From: an uncultured Candidatus Saccharibacteria bacterium
Lineage (GTDB): Bacteria > Patescibacteriota > UBA1384 > UBA12157 > JAENIV01
NCBI GenBank assembly: GCA_964433905.1
Contig: CAYSSM010000003.1
Span: 1 to 53,085, forward strand
Direction of reading: 5' to 3'
Length of the DNA stretch: 53,085 nt
In this document: in pieces, positions 23,344-33,337 of the stretch
How positions within the stretch are numbered: the first letter of the stretch is position 1
Layout of the letters: each line of letters starts with the position of its first letter
Made by a program: the position numbers and the translations under genes
Notes under the pieces: generated by a model
Seen by the model: the letters and a program-made list of their open reading frames with translations, nothing else
What the model was told of the DNA's origin: nothing
Database searches by the model: none

Positions 23344-23706
23344 ATGGCAATGCAAATCCCCACTCAACAGGATGTGAATTGCTCGGTAGCTATTATGCAG
23401 CAACAAGAAAGACGCAGAATTGTCGCTGAAATTACCGAAAACCTGGGCGAGCATGGTTTGTCGTTAGCCGAGTTATGTGAGCGTCTCCGCAATGCGGCAA
23501 GGAAAAATCATTACAATATTTCTGTGCCATTATCCAAAAACCATCTTCATTTTCAATCTAATGGAAATATTTTCGTCATTATTGGCAAGACGAAACATAT
23601 CGTTAGAAGCGGCCAAAACATTAACTCTCAAATACTTCAATTGATTTGTGCCGGCAACAACCCCGAAAAAGTCATTGTAGACATTTGCCAACGCATCAAA
23701 ATTTAG
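23344..23706 (+). CDS. Hypothetical small protein (orphan)
   Basis: ORF 23272..23706 trimmed because its 5' part lies in repeat R2. GGAGG is followed by ATG GCA ATG, so the start is 23344 or 23350. Sequence MAMQIPTQQDVN...GLSLAELCERL... No recognisable family. Confidence 0.45.
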   Translation: MAMQIPTQQDVNCSVAIMQQQERRRIVAEITENLGEHGLSLAELCERLRNAARKNHYNISVPLSKNHLHFQSNGNIFVIIGKTKHIVRSGQNINSQILQLICAGNNPEKVIVDICQRIKI

Positions 23707-23728
23707 AGTAAGAGACATACTCCGGAAG

Positions 23729-25384
23729 TTATGCTTTCGGAGTATTTTTGATATCAATTATTTTTAATTGGATCTTTTTTTGGCCGTTCCACTCATCTTC
23801 ATCTAAAGTAAAAACAATATTATAATCGCCATTTTCAACTAAATTATTTGCCAGATATCCCATGTCAAAACCGAGTGCTTCAAAATTACCCACTTTAAAC
23901 TTGAGATGATTACTTTTTTTACCAATAATTCTAATGTTAGAAATTTTTATTTTATCTAAGATAAATACCGGCCGGGGATTTCCCAAACCAAATGGTTCAA
24001 ACTTTTTTATTTTGTTAATTAATGCAGTATTTATTTCTTTAATTTTTAATTTCGCATCAATATTAATTGAAAAAGTTAAGTCTTCGTCTTTTAATTTTGA
24101 GTCGGCCACTTCCAATAATTTGTCATAAAGACCTGATAGATGCTTATTTTCTAATGTTAATCCGGCAGCTTTTTTATGGCCGCCATATTTTGATAAATAT
24201 ATTTTGGCTTCATCTAAAGCGGCAATAAGATCGAACGCTTCAATTGAACGGGCAGAACCCCTAAGATTGCTACCCTGCTTTTCACAAACAATTACTGGCC
24301 GCGCAAATTCTTCCATTAGCCTGCCCGCCACCAAACCAACGATTCCCTGGGGCCAATTTTTTTCGGAAATGATAATAACTTTCTTTTTTTGCAGATTGGC
24401 CTCGCAGACTTTTTTTCTTGCCTCATTTAAAACACGTTCAAGTTCCGCTTGGCGCTGACGATTTATTTTATCCAAGATGTCAGCCAACTTATCAGCTTCT
24501 TTAGAATCGGTTGTAGTTAAAAGAAAGAAACTTTCATTAGCATGATCCATACGACCAGGGGCATTGATTCTCGGACCGATCTGGAAACCAACGGCATAGG
24601 TATTTATTTTTTCCGGAGTAATCATTGCTTTTTGATAAAGCGTTTTGAGCCCTATATGCTTTGTTTTTTTAAGAACGATTAAACCAAATTTGGTAAAAAT
24701 ACGATTTTCCGATATTAATGGAACGATATCACAGATAGTCGAGATAGCAACCAAATCCAAAGACCATTTTAGATAATTTTGACTTATTTTCGGAATATGT
24801 TTTGAAAGCGCTTGAAGAAGTTTAAAGACTACACCGGTAGCGGCCAGTTCCCTAAAAGGATATTTATCTCCGCCTTGTTTTGGATCAACGATAATACATC
24901 TTGGCAGTTTTTTAGAAACTTCGTGATGATCGAAAACGATTACCTCCATTCTCAGCTTCTGAGCATATTCAATTTCTTTGATATTCCTGACTCCTAAGTC
25001 GACTGTGATAATTAAATTTACTTTGTTTAATAAAAAATACTCTATCCCCTCGTTATTTAGGCCATATCCCTGCTTCCTTGAAGGAATATAAACGAAAGTT
25101 TTAATCCCCAAATATTTGAACAAATTAAACAATAAAGCCGTTCCCGGGATGCCATCAGCATCGTAGTCGCCAAAGAGCCCGATGATTTCGCGACCGGAAA
25201 TTGCCTGTAAAATACGTTTTACCGCTTCTTTCATCCCCTTCATTAAGAAAGGATTAAACAAATTTTTTTCAAAATCAGGATTTAAAAAAGAAGGCCAATC
25301 CTCCTTTTTAATTTTTCTATTAATCAACAGTTGCTCAATTAAATCATCTGATTTTTTAGGAAGTATTTTCCATCGCTTAATCAA
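23729..25384 (-). CDS. recJ: Single-stranded-DNA-specific exonuclease RecJ
   Basis: 551 aa. DHH motifs (GDYDADGI, VFDHH), DHHA1 (GGHKKAAG), C-terminal OB-like domain. Confidence 0.9.
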   Translation of the reverse strand: MIKRWKILPKKSDDLIEQLLINRKIKKEDWPSFLNPDFEKNLFNPFLMKGMKEAVKRILQAISGREIIGLFGDYDADGIPGTALLFNLFKYLGIKTFVYIPSRKQGYGLNNEGIEYFLLNKVNLIITVDLGVRNIKEIEYAQKLRMEVIVFDHHEVSKKLPRCIIVDPKQGGDKYPFRELAATGVVFKLLQALSKHIPKISQNYLKWSLDLVAISTICDIVPLISENRIFTKFGLIVLKKTKHIGLKTLYQKAMITPEKINTYAVGFQIGPRINAPGRMDHANESFFLLTTTDSKEADKLADILDKINRQRQAELERVLNEARKKVCEANLQKKKVIIISEKNWPQGIVGLVAGRLMEEFARPVIVCEKQGSNLRGSARSIEAFDLIAALDEAKIYLSKYGGHKKAAGLTLENKHLSGLYDKLLEVADSKLKDEDLTFSINIDAKLKIKEINTALINKIKKFEPFGLGNPRPVFILDKIKISNIRIIGKKSNHLKFKVGNFEALGFDMGYLANNLVENGDYNIVFTLDEDEWNGQKKIQLKIIDIKNTPKA

Positions 25385-25395
25385 ATTAACTCCAT

Positions 25396-26151
25396 CTATT
25401 TGTAAAAAACTCGACCTTCAACACGGACATCGGCATATTGTTTAATTTCTTCTTTATGTTTTGCCAGTAATACGCTTAAAGCTTCTAGTTGATCTTCAAC
25501 TGGTCTGGTTGTATTAAATTTTATTCTCCAGCCCTGATCAACTAAAGATTCTACTTGATAAAATGTTTCATCTACTTCGAACCATCTGATATTAAAGCCG
25601 GTTTTTTGATTAAATTTGTTATTTAATTCCGAAATAAAACTAATAAAATTTTCCGATAGAACATTTTGTTTAATTTCAACCGGCAGGCTTTTATTATCTT
25701 GGACGATCGGTAAATTTCCCGATTCTTGAACTTCTTTAATTATTATTCCCGCTGAATTTATCAAATAAATTTTGTCTTGTGTCCGCCAGGCAATTTGCGG
25801 CTGAAATGTTTCAATTTTAATTCTCAAAGTGTCGGGAAAACCTCTCATAATTTTCACATCCTGAATTTCCGGGTATTTATTAATTATTTCATTTTTTAGA
25901 TCAGCAGTCTTCGCTAATAATATATTTTGCCCTTTAATATTATCGAGTTCATTATTAATTTGATGGCCCTCGACAGAAATATTTTTTATTTTAAAAAACG
26001 AAGAAAAAATTAATATATACCAAAGCCCAGCGGCAATGATAATGAATAATAGTAAAAAAAATACTATTTTAGGGATATTGGATTTTGAAGGCTCTGTTGC
26101 CGGATTAAATACTTTTGGCGACCTAAAAATGTCTCTATTTTTTAAAAACAC
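25396..26151 (-). CDS. ftsQ: Cell division protein FtsQ/DivIB (POTRA domain)
   Basis: 251 aa. N-terminal TM then POTRA-like IKNISVEGHQ.. Positioned after murB in the dcw cluster. Confidence 0.75.
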   Translation of the reverse strand: MFLKNRDIFRSPKVFNPATEPSKSNIPKIVFFLLLFIIIAAGLWYILIFSSFFKIKNISVEGHQINNELDNIKGQNILLAKTADLKNEIINKYPEIQDVKIMRGFPDTLRIKIETFQPQIAWRTQDKIYLINSAGIIIKEVQESGNLPIVQDNKSLPVEIKQNVLSENFISFISELNNKFNQKTGFNIRWFEVDETFYQVESLVDQGWRIKFNTTRPVEDQLEALSVLLAKHKEEIKQYADVRVEGRVFYK

Positions 26152-26166
26152 TTCCCTCCTGCCTTT

Positions 26167-27147
26167 TTACCACTGACCGATATATTCTATTTCTTCGTTC
26201 AAAACGATATTATATTTTTCACGAACTTTTTCTCTCATTTCTTCAATTAACATTCTTATTTCTGAAGCTTTAGCACTATTGGTGTTAATAACAAAATTCG
26301 CATGTTTATTAGAAACTTCAGCCGAACCAATTTTTAGTTTTTTTGCTCCGGCTTGATCCAACATATAACCAGCACGTCTTTCTATTGGCAATTCCGGCAT
26401 ACCTTTTGAGCCACGGCCAATGACATTTTCCAATTCTTTAGGAATAGGATTTTGAAAAACGCAACCAGCCGATGAACCAATTGGTTGGGACTTTACCCTA
26501 TTATCTTTTGATTTATTTATTCTTCTCATAATTTCCTCTTTTTGATTTTGAGAAAGTTGCATTTTACAAGAAAGAATCACCGGTTTAAAACGGTTTTTCA
26601 TTTTTTTTAACTTACTTGTCCGATAGCCAAACTCCATCCACGAACTGTTATATTGAACTATTTTTGGCACGCCATCTTTAGGGTCAATAATTAACATCGT
26701 AATATTTTTTATATAATCACCTACGCTTTGACCGTAAGCGCCAGCATTGCCGTAGACAGAGCCGCCGATAGTTCCAGGAATGCCATATAAAAATTCTATT
26801 CCTGATAAATCATTAGCAACACATGCCATGATTAATTTCGAAAGATAAACACCGGAATCAACAATGACCTGACTTTTTTCCCGCATAATGGCTATATTTG
26901 ATGTTGAATTTTTAATCACAAGACCGGGAAATCCGTAATCAGAAAATAAAATATTCGATCCCCCGCCCAAAATAAAATAAGGCAAATTAATTTCTACCGC
27001 CTTGCGGACAGCTTTTACTAAGTCGTCAACCGAAGACGCTTCAAAAAAATAATCGGCTACTCCGCCCACACGAAGGCTGGTAAAATCACGCATTACTACA
27101 TGTTCTCTGACATTGTCCAATAAATCGGTAATTTTTCGCTTAGTCAT
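26167..27147 (-). CDS. murB: UDP-N-acetylenolpyruvoylglucosamine reductase
   Basis: ORF 26167..27387 trimmed to MTKRKITDLL.. (ATG 27147, 8-nt overlap with the murC stop). FAD-binding LRVGGVADYF, GGGSNIL. Confidence 0.9.
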   Translation of the reverse strand: MTKRKITDLLDNVREHVVMRDFTSLRVGGVADYFFEASSVDDLVKAVRKAVEINLPYFILGGGSNILFSDYGFPGLVIKNSTSNIAIMREKSQVIVDSGVYLSKLIMACVANDLSGIEFLYGIPGTIGGSVYGNAGAYGQSVGDYIKNITMLIIDPKDGVPKIVQYNSSWMEFGYRTSKLKKMKNRFKPVILSCKMQLSQNQKEEIMRRINKSKDNRVKSQPIGSSAGCVFQNPIPKELENVIGRGSKGMPELPIERRAGYMLDQAGAKKLKIGSAEVSNKHANFVINTNSAKASEIRMLIEEMREKVREKYNIVLNEEIEYIGQW

Positions 27148-28546
27148 TTTTGAGCCTTGCAAGTATTTTATCAGCAATTTTGTAAATATCTCCGGCTCCC
27201 ATGGTAACAACAACTGTTTCCGTTGAAGCCGAATCGATAATTTCCTCAATAATTTTATCCCAGTCATGAATATACCGAACCGAACGATGATTGACTTTAA
27301 TGGCATCAGCGAGATCTTGTCCAGTGATAATTTGTTCTTGCTCGCGCGATGAGCCGTAAATATCAGTGATAAAAACTTTGTCAGCATTTTTAAAACTTAA
27401 AGCAAAATCTTTAAGCAATTCTTTTGTTCTTGAATAAGTATGAGCCTGAAAGATACACCATATTTTTGACTTTGGAAATTTCTTTCTTAGAGCCTCCAAT
27501 GTTAAACTAACAGCTCGAGGATGATGTGCATAATCGTCAATAATCGTGATATTACCTTCGTGACCAATTTTTTCAAAACGCCGTTTGACCCCGGAAAATA
27601 AAAACAGATGTTTTTTAATTAATTTTTCATCTAAGCCAAGTTTTAAACAAGTAATAATTGTGGCAGTGGCATTAAGGACATTGCCAACGCCCGGTACGAG
27701 CATTTTAAATGGCCCAATTTTATCTTCCTTATTTAGTAGAAAAAAAGATGTTTCATTCTCATCTTCGACAAATTCGGTAATTTTCCATTTCGGAGTTCCT
27801 TCGAAACCGTAAGTTTCAAAATTTCGATCTGCAAGATTTCTCTCAATCTTTTTAGCTTTTTGGTAATCAGTGCAAAGGACAATAAAACCTTTTCTGGGAA
27901 TTTTACATGCAAATTTATAAAAAGTATTATAAACATCTTCTTCCATCTTAAACATATCAGGATGGTCCATCTCGATACTTGTGATAATTTCTATTTGAGG
28001 ATTTAAATCTAAAAATTTGCTTATTGAATCTTCCGAACTTTTCTTATATTCATCGGCTTCAACGACAAAATATTCTCCTTTTCCATAATGGGCATTGCTG
28101 CCAAGCGATTGGATATTGCCTGCGCCGATAAGAAAACTGGGATCGAGATTAGCTTTGGTTAGAACATAAGCGATCATGGCAGCCGTAGTAGTTTTCCCAT
28201 GAATGCCTGCCACTGCGATGAGTTGATGCTCCCGGCTAAAGATAGCTAATGTTTCTGAATAGGTTTTAATTTCGAGATGTTTTTTCTTTGCTTCTTTTAC
28301 CTCAACATTATCTTTGTCAAAAGCGGCTGAGACCACCACAAGATCGGGCTTATTCTGAAGATTATTCGGATTAAATTCATTAACAACAATACCCGCTTTA
28401 GAAAGGATGTCGTCGGTAACAAAGGATTCTAAAACATCGGAACCGCTAACTTCATAACCAATTTCTTTAGCTATTTTTGCTAAAGCCGACATTCCCACAC
28501 CCTTAACGCCAATAAAATGAATTTTTTTGATAATATTATTTTGCAT
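27140..28546 (-). CDS. murC: UDP-N-acetylmuramate--L-alanine ligase
   Basis: 468 aa. GVKGVGMSALA Rossmann N-domain, GIHGKTTT P-loop, Mur ligase C-domain. Confidence 0.92.
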   Translation of the reverse strand: MQNNIIKKIHFIGVKGVGMSALAKIAKEIGYEVSGSDVLESFVTDDILSKAGIVVNEFNPNNLQNKPDLVVVSAAFDKDNVEVKEAKKKHLEIKTYSETLAIFSREHQLIAVAGIHGKTTTAAMIAYVLTKANLDPSFLIGAGNIQSLGSNAHYGKGEYFVVEADEYKKSSEDSISKFLDLNPQIEIITSIEMDHPDMFKMEEDVYNTFYKFACKIPRKGFIVLCTDYQKAKKIERNLADRNFETYGFEGTPKWKITEFVEDENETSFFLLNKEDKIGPFKMLVPGVGNVLNATATIITCLKLGLDEKLIKKHLFLFSGVKRRFEKIGHEGNITIIDDYAHHPRAVSLTLEALRKKFPKSKIWCIFQAHTYSRTKELLKDFALSFKNADKVFITDIYGSSREQEQIITGQDLADAIKVNHRSVRYIHDWDKIIEEIIDSASTETVVVTMGAGDIYKIADKILARLKND

Positions 28547-28591
28547 ATTTTTTTATTTCGATTTCGTTAGTATTCTAACTCATATTAGATA

Positions 28592-29812
28592 TTAAATCCA
28601 GCCTTTAAGCCAAATTCGATGATAAAATAATGCCGGTTCGATGGGAATTGCCAACCAAATTGGTAAAAAATAGATAAACAAAGCTAATAGAATTACAAAA
28701 TAAAGATAAACAAATAATTTTCCTTTTTTTGCTCGCCAAAGTTCCGCCAGCCAAAGCGAGATTCCTATCGATAAAAACATGAATGACGGCATTGCATGAT
28801 AAAAAAATAAAACTCTTTTAAAAAAAGCCCAAGGAATTAAAAAAATCAAAAAGGCAGCCAAAATAATAACATTACTTTTTTTCTTTTTGTAAATCCCCCA
28901 AATTAATAATGGGATAACAATAATTGACGACCACCAAGCCAAAGGATTGCCGATGCCGTCAATGCCGACATATTTGCCATTTACATCTTTAAAATAGAGC
29001 CAGATAGGCCTTAAAAGCAGAAACCAGCTCCACCATCTGGAACCGTAGGGATGACCTTCGGTTAAATAAAGATTGTATTTAAAACTTTGAATGTGCCATT
29101 CAATAACTTGATTAAAAAATGATTTATTTATGCCAAAATTAAATATAAAAAAAGAAAGATACACAATAACCGGCAAGAAAATTAAAAATAATAGATAGTG
29201 CAAAAAATATTTTTTAAATGGGATCTTTTTTACAATTCCAATAACGATAAAAGTTAAAAAAACCATTGCGGCGATATATTTTATCGAAGCCGCCATTCCT
29301 AGAAAAAGTCCGGCTAAAATTAGAAATAATATTTTTTGAGAGTTAGCAAATTTTAAAAAACAATAAAAAGAAAATAGAATAAAGAAAATCATAAAAATAT
29401 CAATTAATCCTGCTCGAGAATAAACTAAAAACATGCCGTCTAAAGAAATTATTATGGCCGTAAAAATACCGACAATTTTGCCAGCTAATTCTTTTCCGGT
29501 GAAATAGCCCAAAACGATTAAACCGGTACCGAAAATTGCCGGCATTATTCGCCAGCTAAATTCACTACCGTTAAATATTTTGATACCAATGGCTAAGATT
29601 AATTTTCCCAGCGGCGGATGAATATCGAAAAACGGTGTATTTGATAAATAATTTTTTGCAAAAGTAATAAAATAAACTTCATCAAAAATTTGTTCTTTGA
29701 CTGCACCCAAATGCCAAAGCCTAATCGATAGACTTAGGACGACGATTAAACTGATAATGATCCATGGACGATCAAAAACATATTGAAATTTTTTTTTCAA
29801 AATAGTTAGCAT
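28592..29812 (-). CDS. GT-C fold glycosyltransferase, family 39 / PMT-like (polyprenyl-phosphate-sugar dependent)
   Basis: 406 aa, >=10 TM. N-terminal loop signature DEVYFITFAKNY...FFDIHPPLGKL. 7-nt overlap with the murG stop. Confidence 0.8.
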   Translation of the reverse strand: MLTILKKKFQYVFDRPWIIISLIVVLSLSIRLWHLGAVKEQIFDEVYFITFAKNYLSNTPFFDIHPPLGKLILAIGIKIFNGSEFSWRIMPAIFGTGLIVLGYFTGKELAGKIVGIFTAIIISLDGMFLVYSRAGLIDIFMIFFILFSFYCFLKFANSQKILFLILAGLFLGMAASIKYIAAMVFLTFIVIGIVKKIPFKKYFLHYLLFLIFLPVIVYLSFFIFNFGINKSFFNQVIEWHIQSFKYNLYLTEGHPYGSRWWSWFLLLRPIWLYFKDVNGKYVGIDGIGNPLAWWSSIIVIPLLIWGIYKKKKSNVIILAAFLIFLIPWAFFKRVLFFYHAMPSFMFLSIGISLWLAELWRAKKGKLFVYLYFVILLALFIYFLPIWLAIPIEPALFYHRIWLKGWI

Positions 29813-30858
29813 TTTGCTGCCTCAAAAATTGCATCGATAATTTCTTCGGTCGCATTTGGCTGATAGAGTGCGTGCGCATGATGGCCAAGAAGTTTTCTTA
29901 ATTTTTCGTCATCCATTAGATCATCAATAATATTTTTCAGTGAACTGGAAGTTAAATTATTTTCCGACAGAACAACGGCAGCATTAATTTTTTGAAATAT
30001 TTTAGCATTTTCTTTTTGGTGATCACTGGCCGCACTTTCTAACGGAACAATAATTGATGGCTTGCTAGCGGCAGCAAGCTCAATTAAAGTACTGGCGCCA
30101 GCACGCGAAACTACTAAATCAGCGTCCCGAAGTAATTTCGCTATATTATCAGTAAAAGAAATTAAATGATAATTTTCGTAATTGAACTTTGATAACTTTT
30201 TAAAATCGCGCTCGCCACAAATATGCCAAACATCATATTTATTGATTAATTCCGGTAATATTTCCGATATCAATCCGTTTATTTTTGATGATCCCTGCGA
30301 GCCACCGGTAATTAGTAATTTCGGTTTTGAGTTTTCGATGGGCGTCTGTAAAAACTCTTTATTAATAGGAATGCCAGAATAAATTAATTTATCAAGCGGA
30401 ATATTCTGTTGATAATATTGAATAGGAAAACCTAAGCAAATCTTACGAGCATATTTTGAAGCCATAAGATTTGCTTTACCAACAACGACATCCGATTCAT
30501 GAATTACTAAAGGTATTTTTAAAATTTTTACCCAAAAAAGGATGGGAAAAGTAACATAGCCGCCTTTTGCAAAAACGACATTGGGCTTAAAAGAAATAAT
30601 AATAAAAAACGATTGGATAATCCCAAAAAAGATTTTAATCAAATCCCAAAAATTTGAAAATGAAAAATACGGCCGCCATTTCCCTACAATAATTGGTCTA
30701 AAAGGAATTGGATATTTTTTGACTAACTGCCGTTCAATCCCTTGACGAGAACCAATATATAAAAATTTAACTCTTTTATTTTTCGAAAGACTTTGCAAAA
30801 CATGTATTATTGGCCACACATGACCGGCTGTACCACCTCCGGTTGCTAATATTTTCAT
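29806..30858 (-). CDS. murG: Lipid II synthase MurG (UDP-GlcNAc transferase)
   Basis: 350 aa. GGGTAGHVWP N-terminal motif and GT28 C-terminal domain (GGSQGS, RAGAST). Confidence 0.92.
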   Translation of the reverse strand: MKILATGGGTAGHVWPIIHVLQSLSKNKRVKFLYIGSRQGIERQLVKKYPIPFRPIIVGKWRPYFSFSNFWDLIKIFFGIIQSFFIIISFKPNVVFAKGGYVTFPILFWVKILKIPLVIHESDVVVGKANLMASKYARKICLGFPIQYYQQNIPLDKLIYSGIPINKEFLQTPIENSKPKLLITGGSQGSSKINGLISEILPELINKYDVWHICGERDFKKLSKFNYENYHLISFTDNIAKLLRDADLVVSRAGASTLIELAAASKPSIIVPLESAASDHQKENAKIFQKINAAVVLSENNLTSSSLKNIIDDLMDDEKLRKLLGHHAHALYQPNATEEIIDAIFEAAKC

Positions 30859-30868
30859 AATTACCTCT

Positions 30869-31969
30869 TTATTTAGAATATTTTGAAATGTTTAAAAGGA
30901 TACCGACTGCCAGCAGCGAGAAAATAAGCGACGAACCGCCAAATGAAATAAACGGTAAAGGAATTCCTGTAAGTGGCACTAAGTTAAGCATCGCGGCAAT
31001 GTTGATAAAAGCTTGGATTAAAAACCATGTTGTAATCCCAGCCGCCAAATTACGAGAAAAAGCGTCTGGCGCAAGTTTTGCTATTTTGTAACCGCGGATT
31101 CCTAAAAAAACAAAAGCCGCTATAACAATTGATGACCTAATAAAACCGAGTTCTTCGGCAATTATTGCGAAAATTGAATCGGTGTGCGCTTGAGGCAAGT
31201 ATAGATATTTTTGTTTGCTTTGGCCAAAGCCTAGTCCCCACATCCCTCCGGAACCAACAGCAATTAACGCTTGATTAATATGATAAGCCGCGCCAAGTGT
31301 TTGTTCGCGTGGATTTAAAAAAACCAGCAAGCGCTGAAAACGGTAAGAAGCGGTTTTAATGAGAATCCCAATAATTGCCGCGGCAATTATTCCACCTAAA
31401 GCCAAGTGGGAAAGCCGCGCGCCGGCAATAAAAAAAGTGATAACGGCAGTAAATAAAATTACTGATAGCGTGCCAAGATCTGGCTGATTCATAATTAAAA
31501 AACCTAAGGTAACCATCAGCACTAAAAATGGAACAAAGCCAAGGGAAAAATTTTTTATCGAATCGCCTTTTTTTTCAAGCCACGAAGCAAGGTAAATAAT
31601 AAAAGTCAGCTTAATAAGCTCTGATGGTTGAAAAAGAATTGGGCCAATACCGATCCAACGATGAGCGCCACCGAATTCCTTGCCAATGCCGGGAATAAAA
31701 ACGGCAATCAGTAGTAGCAAAGTGGCCAAAAACAGAATTAATGAATTTTTGCGCCAGATGCGATAATCGACAAAATATGCTCCTATCATTAAGATTAAAC
31801 CTATAATTAAGGAGATTATTTGATGAGTAACATAATAATAATTATTGCCGAAATGCTCTTGAGACATGACAATTGAGGCAGAAGAAATCATTACAATGCC
31901 AAAAAAACATAGTAAAACAACTATTAAAGCTAATAAATAATCTGGTTTTTCTTTTTTGGAAAATCTCAT
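30869..31969 (-). CDS. ftsW: SEDS family peptidoglycan polymerase FtsW/RodA
   Basis: 366 aa, 10 TM. QPSELIK and LPQAHTDSIFA signatures. Confidence 0.9.
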   Translation of the reverse strand: MRFSKKEKPDYLLALIVVLLCFFGIVMISSASIVMSQEHFGNNYYYVTHQIISLIIGLILMIGAYFVDYRIWRKNSLILFLATLLLLIAVFIPGIGKEFGGAHRWIGIGPILFQPSELIKLTFIIYLASWLEKKGDSIKNFSLGFVPFLVLMVTLGFLIMNQPDLGTLSVILFTAVITFFIAGARLSHLALGGIIAAAIIGILIKTASYRFQRLLVFLNPREQTLGAAYHINQALIAVGSGGMWGLGFGQSKQKYLYLPQAHTDSIFAIIAEELGFIRSSIVIAAFVFLGIRGYKIAKLAPDAFSRNLAAGITTWFLIQAFINIAAMLNLVPLTGIPLPFISFGGSSLIFSLLAVGILLNISKYSK

Positions 31970-33336
31970 AAATTTTTGACACTCTGCTTAAAAAGCAATC
32001 CTCGTTGTTTATAATTTTCGTAGCGATCAAATGAAGCTGACGCCGGCGACAGAAGAACAATATCGCCTGTGTTGGCTTTTTTAAATGCCATGTCGATTGC
32101 CGCCGTCATTTCTTGGATATCATCAAAAATTTCGATATTTTGGCTATTAATTTTACTGATAATTTTTTGGCCCGTTAGACCGATATTTATTATCGTTTTA
32201 ACCGAACTTCTTGAAATTATCTCAGCCAATTGATCGTAATCGGCATTTTTTTCTGAACCGCCAATTAATAAAATTATTGGCTCTTTAAAAGATTTTATGG
32301 CTGCAATTGTTGTATCCGGATTGGTTGAAAATGAATCATTATAATATTTAACTCCATTTATTTCTTTAACGAATTCAAGCCGGTGCTCTAATCCTTTAAA
32401 TTCTTCTACAGTTTCCTTAATGGCTTCTATTTTTGCGCCCGCAAGATGACTTGCTGTGACAGCCGCCGTAATATTTTCTAAATTATGTTCGCCTTTTAGT
32501 TGTAAATTGTCTTTAGAAGTAACATTATAGTCTTCATTATCGCGTAGAATAATTTCGCCGTCAAAGTCAACAAATGCACCTTGATCAATAGATTTTCTTC
32601 TTGAAAACCAATAAACTTGCGCCATTGTCGAAGATGCAAACTCTATGCTAGTAAGGTAGTCGGCATTAATTACAGCAAAATCTTTTTTTGTTTGAAATTT
32701 TACTAAATTGAGTTTTGCTTCGATATACTCTTTCTCGTCTTTATGATAATCAAGATGATCAATCTTAATATCTAAAATTACGGCAATATAGGGAGATTTA
32801 TCCAAATCCTGAATTTGAAAACTTGATAGTTCCAAGATAACCCAATCAGTTGGGTTAAGTTTATTTAAAAAGTTAATCGGTGGATTGCCAATATTACCAC
32901 CGATATAAATTTTTGAATTAGCCTTGGATTTTTTCTTTAATATTTCATATATTAAAGTTGCCGTCGTGCCTTTGCCTTTAGTACCCGTAACTCCAATAAT
33001 AGGGCAAGGACAGAGCTCAAAGAAATGCTTTGTTTGTGAAGAAATCTGCACGCCGGCTTTCTTTGCATCTTGAATTTTTTGATTAAAGTAGGGGAGCCCG
33101 GGCGTGCGAAAAATAATGTCGTAATCATTTAAATTTTTCAAGTAATCAGATCCTAACTTAAACTTTACCGGTAAGTTGGCAATTTCTCGATAGTAGTTTT
33201 CTACCTCATCTTTATTCTTTTGATCACGAACGGTAATCTGGGATCCACAATTGGCTAGAAACTTTACCAAGGCAGTATTTTCTTCCCCAAGGCCTAATAT
33301 TGCGATTTTTTTGTTTAGAAATTTTTCAATTTTCAT
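31966..33336 (-). CDS. murD: UDP-N-acetylmuramoylalanine--D-glutamate ligase
   Basis: ORF 31966..33444 trimmed to MKIEKFLNKKIAILGLGEEN (ATG 33336, directly after the pgeF stop). GTKGKGTT P-loop. Confidence 0.9.
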   Translation of the reverse strand: MKIEKFLNKKIAILGLGEENTALVKFLANCGSQITVRDQKNKDEVENYYREIANLPVKFKLGSDYLKNLNDYDIIFRTPGLPYFNQKIQDAKKAGVQISSQTKHFFELCPCPIIGVTGTKGKGTTATLIYEILKKKSKANSKIYIGGNIGNPPINFLNKLNPTDWVILELSSFQIQDLDKSPYIAVILDIKIDHLDYHKDEKEYIEAKLNLVKFQTKKDFAVINADYLTSIEFASSTMAQVYWFSRRKSIDQGAFVDFDGEIILRDNEDYNVTSKDNLQLKGEHNLENITAAVTASHLAGAKIEAIKETVEEFKGLEHRLEFVKEINGVKYYNDSFSTNPDTTIAAIKSFKEPIILLIGGSEKNADYDQLAEIISRSSVKTIINIGLTGQKIISKINSQNIEIFDDIQEMTAAIDMAFKKANTGDIVLLSPASASFDRYENYKQRGLLFKQSVKNL

Positions 33337-33337
33337 C

